In this document: positions 46,090-59,274 of the stretch, in pieces
Layout: the number at the start of each line of letters is the position of its first letter
How positions within the stretch are numbered: position 1 is the stretch's first letter
Origin: Octopus sinensis
Taxonomy: Eukaryota
Direction: 5' to 3'
DNA: 64,000 nucleotides
Assembly (NCBI RefSeq): GCF_006345805.1
Contig: NC_043007.1
Location: 38,564,001 to 38,628,000, forward strand
Notes under the pieces: model-generated
The model's input: the letters and a program-made list of their open reading frames with translations, nothing else
What the model was told of the DNA's origin: nothing
The model's database searches: none
Program-made: the position numbers and the translations under genes

Positions 46090-46270
46090 CTTGTTTTATT
46101 TATATTCCTGAGCGCCATACTAATACAATTGTTCGTTTGTCTTCCACCTGCCTTCGTCTTTTGTTTATTTTCATAAAGCTTCCCGTTAATATATATATCC
46201 ATATATACACATACATATATATACACACACACACACACATCTATATGTGAGTGTGTGTGTGTATAGATAT

Positions 46271-46322
<52 letters not shown>

Positions 46323-46435
46323 ATATATATATATGTGTGTGTGTATCTGTGTGTGTGTGTATATATATAAGAAATTTTTGCATAATGAGATAAAAATCAA
46401 GGCTGTATAGATATTAGAACATTTATAGATAGAAG

Positions 46436-46487
46436 GTTTTACAGCTGTTTCTAGGATATTTATTATTTATGTCCCTTCATCAGAGAC
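46436..46487 (-). ncRNA. Hammerhead-like motif with canonical core
   Basis: GTCT-CTGATGA-AGGGA..TCCT-A-GAAA-CAGCTG-T-A^AAAC: palindromic helix III ACAGCTGT, one mismatch in helix I. Confidence 0.55.
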
Positions 46488-46519
46488 GGTGTGAGAGCAT
46501 GGTTAAGAGGATGTATATA

Positions 46520-47471
46520 ATATAATATAATATAATATAATGAAATTATTGTATACAGTGCTCAGGTGCACCACAACTTGTCGGAGTATATGCAGTAATG
46601 TATAAATGTCTGGAAAGCGAACAATGCATGAGTCAGATACATGCTTGTGTGTGTATGGAGGGGAGAAAATCAGGTGTAGTGTTGGCGAATCTCAGAAAGC
46701 CCGGAAGTTTTGAAGGATGCAGTGCTCCGACTACTAACAACTGATGCCGGCAGTTTGTTCCATGCTTCAACAACTCTCAGCCTGAAAAAATGTTTCCTGA
46801 AGTCATGGGAGCTGTGCTGTTTTCTGACTTTGTAAATATGTCCACGGGTGTTAGACAGGTGGCGTTTGAAAAGGTGCTCAGAGTTATTGTTTGTACGATG
46901 GTTGATGATTTTATGGGTGTCTGCCAAGTCAGCTGCCAGACGTCGGAATTTCAATGTGTCCATGCCCAGGGAAGTAAGGCGTTCAGGATATGGCAAAAGC
47001 CTGATGGAGGGTATTCTTTTGGTTGCACGTCACTGAACAGCTTCCAAACGATTGATATCCTGGGCAAGATGGGGGTTCCAGAACGGTGATGCAAATTCCA
47101 GGTGGAGTCTTACCAAAGCTATATAAAGCCGCAGATAGATAGTCGGAGAGTGGCTCACAAAGGATTTGGTGAGTGATGCCAAGACACCCTCAGCCTTCTT
47201 GACAATTTTAGCGATGTGTTTTGTCCAATGCAAATCACTGTCGACAATAACACCCAGGTCACGTTCACATGAAGAATTTTTGAGACTAGTGTTGTGGAGG
47301 GAGTAGGTGGACGCTGGGTTTCTCCTCCCAAAATGCATGGTGGTACATTTGTCCACAGCCAGCTTGAGTTGCCAGTCCATGATCCACTGCTGCATTGTGT
47401 CCAGGTCTGCTTGCAATAGAGATCTATAGTGTACAGGATCTGACCTCTTTATTTCGAGGTACAGCTTGAGA
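46520..47471 (-). mobile_element. 5'-truncated CR1 copy with 17-bp TSD
   Basis: LYLEIKRSDP...LVRLHLEFASPFWNPH...HDFRKHFF; TTAAGAGGATGTATATA at 46503-46519 and 47472-47488. Confidence 0.93.
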
Positions 47472-47559
47472 TTAAGAGGATGTATATATATATATATATT
47501 CACATGTATACTGTGTGTATATTTTTTATGTATTTATCTTTTTCTTGTTTCAGTCAGTA

Positions 47560-47915
47560 GACTGTGGTCATGCTGGGGCACTCACTGCCTTGAAAACACT
47601 TTAGTCAAACAAATTGACCCCAGTACTTTTGTTTTTTTAAGCCAGGTACTTATTCTATCAATCTCTTTTATCAAACTGCTACATTATGGGGACATAAACA
47701 AACGAACACCAGTTGTCAAGTGGTAATGGGGCAGGAGGGACAAAGACACACACGCACATATGATGTGCTTCTTTCAGTTTCTGTCTACCAGATCCACTTA
47801 CAAAGCTTCGGTCAATCCAAGGCTATAGAGAAGACACTTACTCAAGGTGCCACGCAGTGGGACTGAACCTGGAATCATGTGGTTGGGAAGCAAACTTTTT
47901 ACCACAAAACCACAT

Positions 47916-47920
<5 letters not shown>
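47560..47920 (-). mobile_element. SINE family B
   Basis: caaggtgccacgcagtgggactgaacc...ggttgggaagcaaac is the reverse complement of the family head. Confidence 0.75.
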
Positions 47921-47964
<44 letters not shown>

Positions 47965-47967
<3 letters not shown>

Positions 47968-48330
47968 GGGCAAAGGAGTGGCTGTGTGGTAAGTAGCTTG
48001 TTTACTAACCACTGCATGGCACCTTGAGCAAGTGTCTTCTACTATAGCCTCAGGCCAACCAAAGCCTTGTGAGTGGATTTGGTAGGCAGAAACTGAAAGA
48101 AACCCGTTGTATATGTGTGTGTGTGTGTGTGTCTGTATTCATCCCCCCACCATCGCTTGACAACTGATGCTGGTGTGTTCACGTCCCCATAACTTAGTGG
48201 TTCGGCACAAAAGACCGATAGAATAAGTACTAAGCTTACAAAGAATAAGTCCTGGGGTCAATTTGCTCGACTAAAGGCAGTGCTCTAGCATGGCCACACT
48301 GAAATTACTGAAACAAGTAAAAGAGTAAAA
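47965..48330 (+). mobile_element. SINE family B
   Basis: ggagtggctgtgtggtaagtagcttg...gaaacaagtaaaagag. Confidence 0.85.
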
Positions 48331-48432
48331 GATATTTATATACCTATGAGTATATATTTATAAGCATGTATGTTAATAAATATCTACACGCACACACACG
48401 TTGACAAGTATGTGTATATATATATATATAAA

Positions 48433-48487
<55 letters not shown>

Positions 48488-49423
48488 TGTGTCTGTATTT
48501 GTACCCCCACCATCACTTGACAACCAATGTTGGTGTGTTTACTTCCCTGTAACTCTGCGGTTCGCCAAAAGAGACCAGTAGAATAATTACTAGGCATATA
48601 AAGAATAAGTCCAGGGGTTGATTTATTAGACTAAAAGGCAGTGCTCCAGCATAGACTCAGTCAAATGACTGAAACAAATAAAAGAATAAAAATGCATTAT
48701 ATGGAAACAAACACATAAACATACATACATATCTATGTAACATTAAGTGGAATGAGTCAGTTGACTTGTCATGCCCTGAGCTCATCAGCTAATGCAGGTT
48801 AACTGTACTGCTTTGATGACCTTTAATGCTGAGAAGCTCTTTAATTTTGGAGGAGCAATTATATGGATATGTACCTATGAGTATGTACTTGAATACATTT
48901 ATACATATAAATATATATATATAAACATGTGTATATACATATATGTATACACATATACACATACATATATAAATTCACACTCACCCGTGAATGACCACCC
49001 AAGAGTGAAAGTTAGAGTAAATTGTTAAATTTCTAAGTAATGAATAATATCAGATAATGCCTGCAGTATATAAAATATGTTTTTATATACTTTACGCCTC
49101 TTATATTGCAATATGGATCTCCTGTACACTAACTGGATGACATGTACATATATATATATATATATATTACAAATAAGAAAATGGAGAAACAATTTAGTTG
49201 GATTATCAGCTTTAGGATATTAGAATGTTAACTTATTTATTTAACAAAATGAGAATCACAATAGCATACATATATACATTAAAAATTCAATACATATAAG
49301 ATAAGAATACAATTTAAAAAACCTTATAATATTCTATATTTGATTTTATCTTCACACAATAGTATGCTATATATATATATATATATATACATATATATAA
49401 TATATATAAATATTATACATATA

Positions 49424-49937
49424 TCTATATATATAAAACTGTAGTTGTGTGAGTGTCTGTCCCCTTCGATTTAGATTCCTAACTGCTCCCACATTTTGCG
49501 GTGCAGTTTAACCAAATTTGGGTATCTTATAGTCGTGATTCATATCGAGCCCGTCTGAGTATTAGCACGTGTCTACGATGAGTCTACGATTTTAAAAATA
49601 ATTTAACATCATTTTTTCATTCCATTTTAATGCATAATTTTTCGTGTGTCGATGGCGGCGGAGTTGGCGTCCACGGTCACACCTGCACCTGTTTGCTTCT
49701 CCCCCTTCTTCCCTCCCTCGTGAAGCTGTGGGGAAGGGAGTGTAAGGAAATCAACGTCGTAAAGGGTTGTCAAGGAGACCAGCGTTCTTTTAGAACAACG
49801 ACTTCATGGCTTGAAGACACCAAAACAGAAATGGCTAAGAAAGCCCGAATTGGCATCTATAAGGGAAGTAACTCTCTAAAAATGCTTATATAGTTATTTC
49901 CCTTACAAACCCGAGCAACGCCGGGCGATACTGCTAG
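49424..49937 (+). mobile_element. Complete non-autonomous Helitron (514 bp)
   Basis: A|TCTATATATATAAAA start; subterminal hairpin CCCG-agcaacgc-CGGG (49910-49925); CTAG|T end; no TSD. Confidence 0.85.
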
Positions 49938-50009
49938 TATATATATAATATTATATATATATGTATGTATTATTATTATAATAAATATATATGTATATTA
50001 TATGTATAA

Positions 50010-50040
<31 letters not shown>

Positions 50041-50052
50041 TAGATATATATA

Positions 50053-50117
<65 letters not shown>

Positions 50118-50782
50118 TGTATAGTGCAGAAGGGTAGTATTTCTTGAGTTCCTGATTCTGGATTGCTATCCTTGCTACATGTTGAATGTCATTTCTGGTT
50201 CAGAAACATTAAACTATCATGAGCTTGGGAGAGGAAAATAGTAACAGGCCCATACCATTTTCATTAATCCTTTTGCTCTTGCCAGAACAGAGTGGCCAAG
50301 TTAATTGAGGTGGAATGCAGAAAGTCTCCTATCCAACCCCTGTGTATGGTAATTATCCAACCCCTGTGTATGGTAATTAGAATTTTGATTATAATTATCT
50401 GGAATGGTTATTACCTTTCTCTTTCACACACACACACACACACACTCATTACGGAGAAACTAGTCAAGAGTCTGGGAAGTTCTTTGACTCAATCTTGAAT
50501 GATTCTATGACTCTACCACCTTTCAAAAGTCCAATAATGACCTTGAGTGTTTGATAGATTCAAAACTTGTTTCTATCAATAATCCATTCTGCCCAATGCC
50601 CTCTGACACCTGCTGAGTCCCTTGAAAGAAGACCAGTGGTTTTCTCTGAAAGTGATTGACCCTTTCCCACAGGTTTAGCTATACAGCACTGTATCGTACA
50701 GTAACATCTTGCAGCTACTATTTAGTAGTATCACTAAAGAGTCTATAGTGGCATGAACAAGAGAACTTCTACAGTATAGGTG

Positions 50783-51182
50783 TAGGAGTGGTTGTGTGGT
50801 AGGTAGCTTGCTTACCAACCACATGGTTCCGGGTTCAATCCCACTGTGTAGCACCTTGGGCAAGGGTCTTCTACTATAGCCTCAGGCCGACCAAAGCCTT
50901 GTGAGTGGATTTGGTTAGATGGAAACTGAAAGAAGCCCGTCGTATATATGTATATACATATATATGTATGTGTCTGTGTGTTTCTGTGTCTGTGTTTGTC
51001 CTCCCAACATCGCTTGACAACCGATGGTGGTGTGTTTATGTCCCCGTAACTTAGCAGTTCAGCAAAAGAGACCAATAGAATAGGTACTAGGCTTACAAAG
51101 AATAAGTCCTGGGGTCGATTTACTCGACTAAAGGCGGTGCTTCAGCATGGCCACAGTCAAATGACTGACACAAGTAAAAGAG
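50783..51182 (+). mobile_element. SINE family B
   Basis: Full head, internal (TA)(TG) tract, tail gactgacacaagtaaaagag. Confidence 0.85.
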
Positions 51183-51189
51183 TATCGGG

Positions 51190-52350
51190 ACTCCAGGGAC
51201 CAGGAAATATCATCACCTGTCATTAGGGTGAGAATTGGGAAAGGAAGAAAGTGGAGGTAGCAGAGTCACATCAGAGGCAAAAGGAACTGATTGACATCAT
51301 GTCTGTTAATAGAGTAGGCTTAGGCTATTTTCTAAAGACCCAGGCGAAGGAACAACACAATCTTATTCAGGAAGACGTCTGAGATATGGAAGAGGAGTGT
51401 GTAGGATGGGAGAGATCAGCAACAGGTAGCATGGATGAGGTAGGAGATTGTACTGTTGTGCAAGATTAACTGGCCAGACATTATACAGGCACATTTCCAT
51501 CATGTTTGTTCTTTGTCCAAGATGTCTATGATATTCTATGAAGTTCAGCTAATCTTCACAACAGGAGCAAGAACGAGGCAACTTCCTGTTTTACTCAGCA
51601 CAAACAAAGGATCTTTTCGGTTTGAACGGCAGTTTTTTCTAGCAGTGTCATATGAAATTGTCACCCTTAATTATGACCCTAGTATCGATCTATTGCATTT
51701 TAATCTATTTTAGGGTTAGGGTTAGGGGGGGAGAGTATCTTTTTTTCTTCACAAATGTAAATAAACCCAATCTGTTTCTTAAAGGAGGGACATATTCATA
51801 CGGCACAGAACTTTTTTTTACCTCAATAGACGTAATTGATTGGTTGAAATTGCAGAAATTGAAGAAAAAAACAACAACAAATATCTTACAAACCATAGAA
51901 TTTTCTCAATAAAGCCAAGAGAAAAAGATGTTTTATAAACACATTCTACCAGTATACGAAGTTTAAAAGAGTTTGGTTACGTGAAAATTATTTTTAAAAA
52001 CTGCCGTTCAAACAGAAAAGATCCCAAACAAAAACTGCAATGCCCTCCCCAAAAGTCAGTTAGTTGGAGAGAAGTTCTAACTACAACCAAAAGCAAGAAT
52101 GAATCTCCACTCCACAGCCTTTGACTGGCAGCTGAAGATCAATCTGGGTATGCAGCTGAATGAAGTTCCTGCAGCACATTGTAGTAACATTACTCCAGCC
52201 AGATTTGATTATCAACTCAGAAGCAACTAAACAAATGGTCATTGTGGAATTTACAATGTCCTGGAAAGAACGTATTGAAGAAGCCAATGAGAGGAAACAA
52301 GCAAACGTAGCATGAAACTGTTGAGGAAGTGCGAGGACAGAGGCTTGACG
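51190..52350 (+). mobile_element. Decayed HERO-like (RLE-type) non-LTR retrotransposon, C-terminal part
   Basis: Across frameshifts: GRKWR, RVGLG, QQVAWM, KINW, DVYDIL, then WQLKINLG and QPDLIINSEATKQMVIVEFTMSWKERIEEANERKQ (PD..E..K restriction-like endonuclease). Clade assigned from remembered HERO motifs. Confidence 0.7.
51609..52024. mobile_element. MITE with 28-bp GGATC TIRs and 8-bp TSD (Merlin-like)
   Basis: GGATCTTTTCGGTTTGAACGGCAGTTTT...AAAACTGCCGTTCAAACAGAAAAGATCC; CAAACAAA at 51601-51608 and 52025-52032. Confidence 0.9.
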
Positions 52351-52366
52351 ACGCACTCGGAGCACA

Positions 52367-52406
52367 GCTGCTGACGAAACTAGTTGAAATGTGCGGCATA
52401 TACAGC
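52367..52406 (+). ncRNA. Minimal type I hammerhead ribozyme, complete core
   Basis: GCTG-CTGACGA-AACTAGTT-GAAA-TGTG cgg CATA-T-A^CAGC: 4-bp helix I, palindromic helix II, 5-bp helix III (one G-U), AUA triplet. Confidence 0.75.
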
Positions 52407-53690
52407 CGTTCTCTCGTTTTCTGTCTGCGAGGGTATTGTATTATATAGACGTAATGTATAGGTTCCTTGTAACATATAGTTGGTCAAACATCTGTAGATA
52501 GATGTTTTATAGTATAATATAGCAACGAAACAAAACACTGTTAATACACCAGTAATTGTGTAAGTGTGTATAAGTTATGTGTAAGTGTGTACCTGAATTA
52601 TCGATTTACATATATTAACTTGAGAGCATTGAAGTATATCAGAAAGGGAGATGGTGTTCAAAAGTGGGGGAATATAGAAGTGACATCGAGGAGACAGGTT
52701 GGATACAGAAGTAGGAAATATAAGTGTGAAAAAGATATAGATAGGTGACTAGACTTTGCAACCCACAAAAACTGAGTGAAAGGAATACAAGATGGGAGGG
52801 AAGACAGAGCAGAAATCAGGGAAGGGGAAAGAGAAACGATAAGTACTACGTGAGCATAAAATGAAACAGAAAAAGCAAAGACAGCAGATATATTTACATA
52901 TGCGTGTGAGAAGACAGAAAGAAAGCTACATAGAGAAAATAAAAACAAAGAAAAAGAACCATAAAACGAGAAAAGGTGAAGTATTGTGAATGAATATGGG
53001 ACGGTGAGAGAAAAAACTAAAATGATCACAGAAAGATGGGCTGATGAAAAGATCAATAGAAAATGGATGAGATGGCGGAATAGATCGACCCACAGAAAAA
53101 CATTTACACATATAAATATATATTGATGCACACATACACACGCGCACACACAAGAGTAAAAATATATACATATATAGAAAAATAGTTATAAATATATATA
53201 TATATATATACATAGATAGATAGATCCATAAATAGAAGACATAATAAATTAGATGAGAGACTTCATAACATGTTACGTTGATAGAGTGATAGTCTTTGAC
53301 GAGAGAAGCCAAACTTTTGGGCCACACCCTTGGTTTAATCTATTTATAGCAGTGGATGGAACGGGGATGGAAAACACTTACCCGCCTCTCCGAGACGACA
53401 GTACCCGTTAATACGAGATTAAGTATGAATTTACATTGGAGAAATATCGGAAAGCTTTTATTAAAAACGTTATTTCCTCATGAAAAGATAAAAAATAAAG
53501 GGCGGGCTGGTGGATTTTCGTGTCAGTAAAATAAAGTTGTAAACCAGTCTCGTATGTATGAATGTATTTGTTCATAAGAGGGTGGTGTATGCAAAATGTA
53601 CGATACTGAACAGTATTACATAGATATCATTACTCATAACACATACACACGTACGTTTGCGTGTGCGTGTAGATACATGTCTCCCTTCAA

Positions 53691-53806
<116 letters not shown>

Positions 53807-54194
53807 ATATATACATATGCATACATACATACATACACACGTACACAAACACACACACACATATATACACATATATATACTTACATACATATACATCCTT
53901 CCTTGAGCGTCTGCTAATACTTTGATGTACCATGTCCTCACATTGTTCTTTATTTTTCTTGTTTGTTCTTCATTTTTTGGGATTTTATATATATATATAT
54001 ATATATCATCATCATCATCGTTTAACATCCGCTTTCCATGCTAGCATGGGTTGAACGGTTCAACTGGGATCTGGGAAGCCAGAAGGCTGCACCAGGCCTA
54101 GTCTGATCTGGCAGTGTTTCTACAGCTGGATGCCCTTCCTAACGCCAACCACTCCGTGAGTATAGTGGGTATATCTATATATACATACATACAT

Positions 54195-54339
<145 letters not shown>

Positions 54340-54525
54340 TATAATAAAAAAGGGTAATAACATAGATTACTACCAGTGGCCCAGCACAAAAGACGAATTA
54401 GTCATTAGACAAAATATTATTCATATAGAAAAATATTATTCATATAGAAATATAATTAAGGGCTCCTAAATTTATCCCTTTTTTGTGTCCCTAGCACTTG
54501 GCATCCTTATTTAGGAGCCCTTAAT

Positions 54526-54579
<54 letters not shown>

Positions 54580-54633
54580 CATATCTATCTATATATATAT
54601 ATGATTAGAAATATTACATTTCTAAATCTCTCA

Positions 54634-55165
54634 GAGAGATTTATACAGTAGCAGCCCGATAAAGTGAAGATTTGTTGCCAACTTAATGGAGTAGTCCCAG
54701 GAAAGGGAAGAATGCTACTGCTATTTAGCCCCAGGAAACACAGTTTCCAGTTGGCCATGACACATTTCCTGTGTCTTTATGTTTTCAAAGAGGGGCAATA
54801 AACACCTCCACCCAGCCAAACCAGCAATCAGAGACTAGTTTCGGAGTCATTGCTCATCATCAATGTATTTCACTTGAAATCTATGTTTTTAAAGGTGAAT
54901 AAGCATCGACCGCTAGCAAGCCATGCTACTCGAAACTGATGATGTGCAATGACTCTGAAACTAGACTCTGAGTGCTGGCCTTGCTGGGTGGAGGTGCTTA
55001 TCTCCCATCTTTGAAAACAAGAACACAGAAAATGTGTCATAGCCAACTGGAAACCGTGTTTCCTGGGGCTAAATAGCAGTAGCATTCTTCCCTTTCCTGG
55101 GACTGCCCCATTAAGTTGGCAACAAACCATCACTTTATCGTGCTGCTACTGTATAAATTTCTCTC
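54634..55165. repeat. Older fold-back repeat, ~225-bp arms
   Basis: 54634-54862 and 54936-55165 are diverged reverse complements; hammerhead-like cores at the inner ends. Confidence 0.92.
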
Positions 55166-55699
55166 CTTCTTTTGAATATTGATTTTTTGTGTGTCCTATT
55201 TCTAATTTTTGCTGACAATATCACTTTTATACTTTGTTAGACATGTGAGTAGAACTCATGTCTGGAAACCTCGTGACATACTTAGATTGTTGAAAAAAAA
55301 ATCGACAATAGGGCCCTTCCAATGGATCCTTCTTTCTACTACATATTACTAATATTTTATTTAAATAACCCAAGTGAAATAACCCATACCACGAGCAGAT
55401 TTTAGCGAAGCAATCAATATTTGATTTTTACGATCAGCCGACCTAATTCTGCATTTCACTACTCACAGTTTTGAACTGCTAAACATTATTATTGCACTTC
55501 CTTAATTTGAATCTTAAACCTTAAAGACTTCATTCATACATTTCTATGCATACATATTTTTTGAATGCCCATTACTCCGATAATTCTGCATTTTTACAGT
55601 TACACTTTTTCCATTACAGTTGATAAATTTTTTATTCCACAACGTATTTGTAGTGGCTTAATACAGGCATAGCATGGATTCGATCCTCGATTGCCAAAT

Positions 55700-56056
55700 T
55701 TCACTTAACATTTCAACAGCACTTTTCTCACGGTAAAACAAGAGATTTTATGCGAATGACAGCAGTTACACACTTCCCGGATGACTTCGCTAAGCAGAAT
55801 AATGTCTTTGCCTATCGCCAACCTCCGACAACCTCTCTCACCGACCTCTGACAATCTTTCTCAGAAACCTTCGAAAACCTCTCTCGCCAACCTCCAACAA
55901 TCTCTTCCTCCTCAAACTGACAGTTTTTCGTACTTTCGCGTGACGGAAAATACACCGTTTGTGGCAGTTATAACGAAATTGCTTTCTTATACCAGAGTAA
56001 TAAAGCATTTCAATAGAACATCCTTACCCCCGGGAATTACCGGGTACATCAGTTAG
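55700..56056 (+). mobile_element. Possible Helitron 3' end
   Basis: CCCGG-gaatta-CCGGG hairpin (56029-56044), then TTAG|T at 56053-56057; the start is a guess. Confidence 0.4.
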
Positions 56057-56057
56057 T

Positions 56058-56096
<39 letters not shown>

Positions 56097-56173
56097 ATAT
56101 ATACATACACGCATATATATATATATATATATGTACACACATGCACATACACGCACACACAAACACGCGCGCG

Positions 56174-56211
<38 letters not shown>

Positions 56212-56505
56212 GTGGCGATCGAAAGGTTACAGAGCTGATTCGTAAAATAGGCACGGTGTTCTCAACTTCGGTTGGAAACCTTTGTTAGCTTTCTTAGATC
56301 TATAAAGAGAGATAACTATATCGAAGAAAAACTGAACGTTCAAAGTAACTAGCTGTCATAGAATGCCACAAAATAGCCAAATCTTTTGCCGTTAACTGAA
56401 TCATATTTCAAGTGTACAGAAAGTCTGAGAGGTGAAATGTAGATACTGAATGAATAATTTTAGTTCCACCTGCTCTCCACGGGACATGGACCAACGAAAG
56501 ATTTC

Positions 56506-56942
56506 GGATCTTTTCGGTTTGAACGGCAGTTTTTAAAAATAATTTCCACCTAACTAAACACTTTTAAACTTCGTATACTGGTAGAATGTGTTTATAAAAC
56601 ATCTTTTTCTCTTGGCTTTATTGAGAAAACTCTATAGTTTGTAAGATATTTGTTGTTTTTTTCTTCAATTTCTGCAATTTCAACCAATCAATGACGTCCA
56701 TTGAGGTAAAAAAAACACATTCTGTGCCGTATGAATATGTCCCTCGTTTAAGAAACAGATTGGGTTTTATTTACATTTGTGAAGAAAAAAAGATACCCTT
56801 CCCCCCACCCTAACCCTAACCCTAACTAACCCTAGCCCTAAAACAGATTGAAATGCAATAGATCGATACTAGGGTCATAATTATGGGTGACAATTTCATA
56901 TGACACCGCTAGAAAAAACTGCCGTTCAAACCGAAAGGATCC
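56506..56942. mobile_element. GGATC-TIR MITE, opposite orientation to 51609 and 62262
   Basis: Same TIRs; internal CCCTAA repeats at ~56810-56840. Confidence 0.92.
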
Positions 56943-57293
56943 AAAATTTTAAATGGTTTGAGGGTCCATGTAAGATACCTTCATTTGGGATGAAAACAGC
57001 TAAATGACAGTTTCGTCCATTAAATTTCTGTACTCAAATCCCGCCAAGGTTGTCATCTCCACCACCACCCCTGCCAGAGCCAATAAATAAGTGCCACACG
57101 TGTACTGGAATTAAGTCGATCGACTATAACTCAATTAAATTGCTCCTACCAATTTATGGCCGTGTGCCAGTATGAAAAAAAAATCAGTATAGAGACATTA
57201 CCTCACGATAACACAAAAACGATGCGGCCGGCTATGACTTCCACTCACATGTGTCTATGTCATTGCATGTATTTGAATGTGTGCGCGCGTGTT

Positions 57294-57340
<47 letters not shown>

Positions 57341-57459
57341 TGTGTGTGTGTGTGAAGAGAGAAAGAGAGAGGAGTGTACGTATGATATTAAAGTAGTTCT
57401 CTATAAGCTTTTATTAAAAGGAATCAATAATGCTGTAAATACATGCTTGTGTGTAAGTA

Positions 57460-58992
57460 TGCTGGTTTTCTTTTTGGCAACCCTTTGATATTGGTACACG
57501 GCGTCATTCACCCACACAGCCTACCCTCATGACAAAGAAGCTAGTCTAAAAAAGAGGGTGAATATCGCCGTTTTCCTGTACCGACGCACTATTGACGAAG
57601 GATCGTCCACATCACCACCACAAAAAAAAAAAGGACGGGGGGTCCGAAGAAAGGGGCAATGCCCATGGCTTTTGCAGGCTTTCATAGAATGGTGATATTC
57701 ATGGTGTGCAGAGGTTCATTTTGAACTATTCTAAGTCAACACCTACGGAAAGAAATTCCAGCGAGACGACATTCTGAGATACAAACACTCGAAGTAGCGA
57801 TAAGTGCATTGCTTGCGGATTAGAACAAGGGTCAGGCGATGAGAAGTAAGCTAATCGGAAATGTTCTTAAGTGGAGGTTGCATGAGCCCAGCCAGCTTCA
57901 AGAGCATAGGCCATTGCAACTATAGTAAAAAAAAAAAAAAGTGGGGGAGAGGAAACAGCACATTTGCTGGAGTATGACTTATGCTAATCAGTCAAGTGAT
58001 CCATTTCCAAATGTGGACGAGGATGTCTGTCTATGCAGTGGCAGCGCTGCCCTCGGTGTTAGAACAAATTTTCCAGTGCACCCTTTTTTTTTTACTTACT
58101 TTTGGGCTATCAATAATTGCCAGAGACCGAAGTATCTTCTGTTCCCGACGAGAAGGGCCAGGTGTTGGGGTGTATGAACACACACATCTTTACTCTTTTA
58201 GTTGTTTCAGTCATTTGACTGAGGCCATGCTGGAGCACCGTCTTTTGTCGACCAAATCGACCCCAGGACTTATTCTTTGTAAGCCTGGCACTTATTCTAT
58301 CGGTCTCTTTTGTTGAACCAAGCGATGTGGGGGGGGGGACAAACACAGACACACAAATATATACACACACATACATATATATATATTAACGAAGAATCGT
58401 CCCCATCACCACTACCACCACCACACAAAAAAGGACCGGTGGTCTGAAGAAAGGGGCATATATACATATATACGGCGGGATTCTTTCGGTTTCCGTCTAC
58501 CAAATCCACTCACAAGGCTTTGGTCGGCCCGAGACTATAGTAGAAGACACTTGCCCAAGGTGCCACGCAGTGGGACTGAACCCAGAACCATGTGGTTGGT
58601 AAGCAAGCTACTTACCACACAGCTACTCCTGCACACAAGAATTTTTTAAATTTCGGGAGAACATAAAATAATTTTTTTTGGTGGTGGTGGTGGTGGGGGG
58701 AACATTGGATCACAACTCATAAAAGCTATACATAACAGCATGTAAATATTGGGATTACAATATTTACATTTTGCTCATCATCCTTTAAATCTTAACGTCT
58801 GCAGATTTTTATAGTCCCATGTATCATCATTTGTAGTGTATGATTTAAGGGTTTGCCTTCTCTTCTCAAGAACCCAAGTTCAGCCATACTGTGCTTCAGT
58901 CGGGGTTGATATATCCTGTTGCTAATAATAGTCATGAAGCTGAAAGTGAATCTTGCAATCTATGTACGAATACGTGTGGTGTGGTGTGGTGT

Positions 58993-59046
<54 letters not shown>

Positions 59047-59233
59047 CATATATATATATATATATATATTAATCAGCCGAAATTGCGAGGATGAGCCTGT
59101 TCTTGACTGAGGATACAAGGCTTCGAATGGCCCGTCCGTGTTTTTTTTTTTTTGTATCGACTATCTGGATGTTTTGTTGTCCCTTTTTGTATCACCTAGT
59201 TGTCCGGATGTTTTGCGTTCTTGTCCCATTTTG

Positions 59234-59274
<41 letters not shown>

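Larger units (their letters stand above)
45789..46194. repeat. Fold-back repeat, ~190-bp arms, 23-bp spacer
   Basis: 45789-45976 and 46000-46194 are reverse complements with few differences. Confidence 0.95.
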
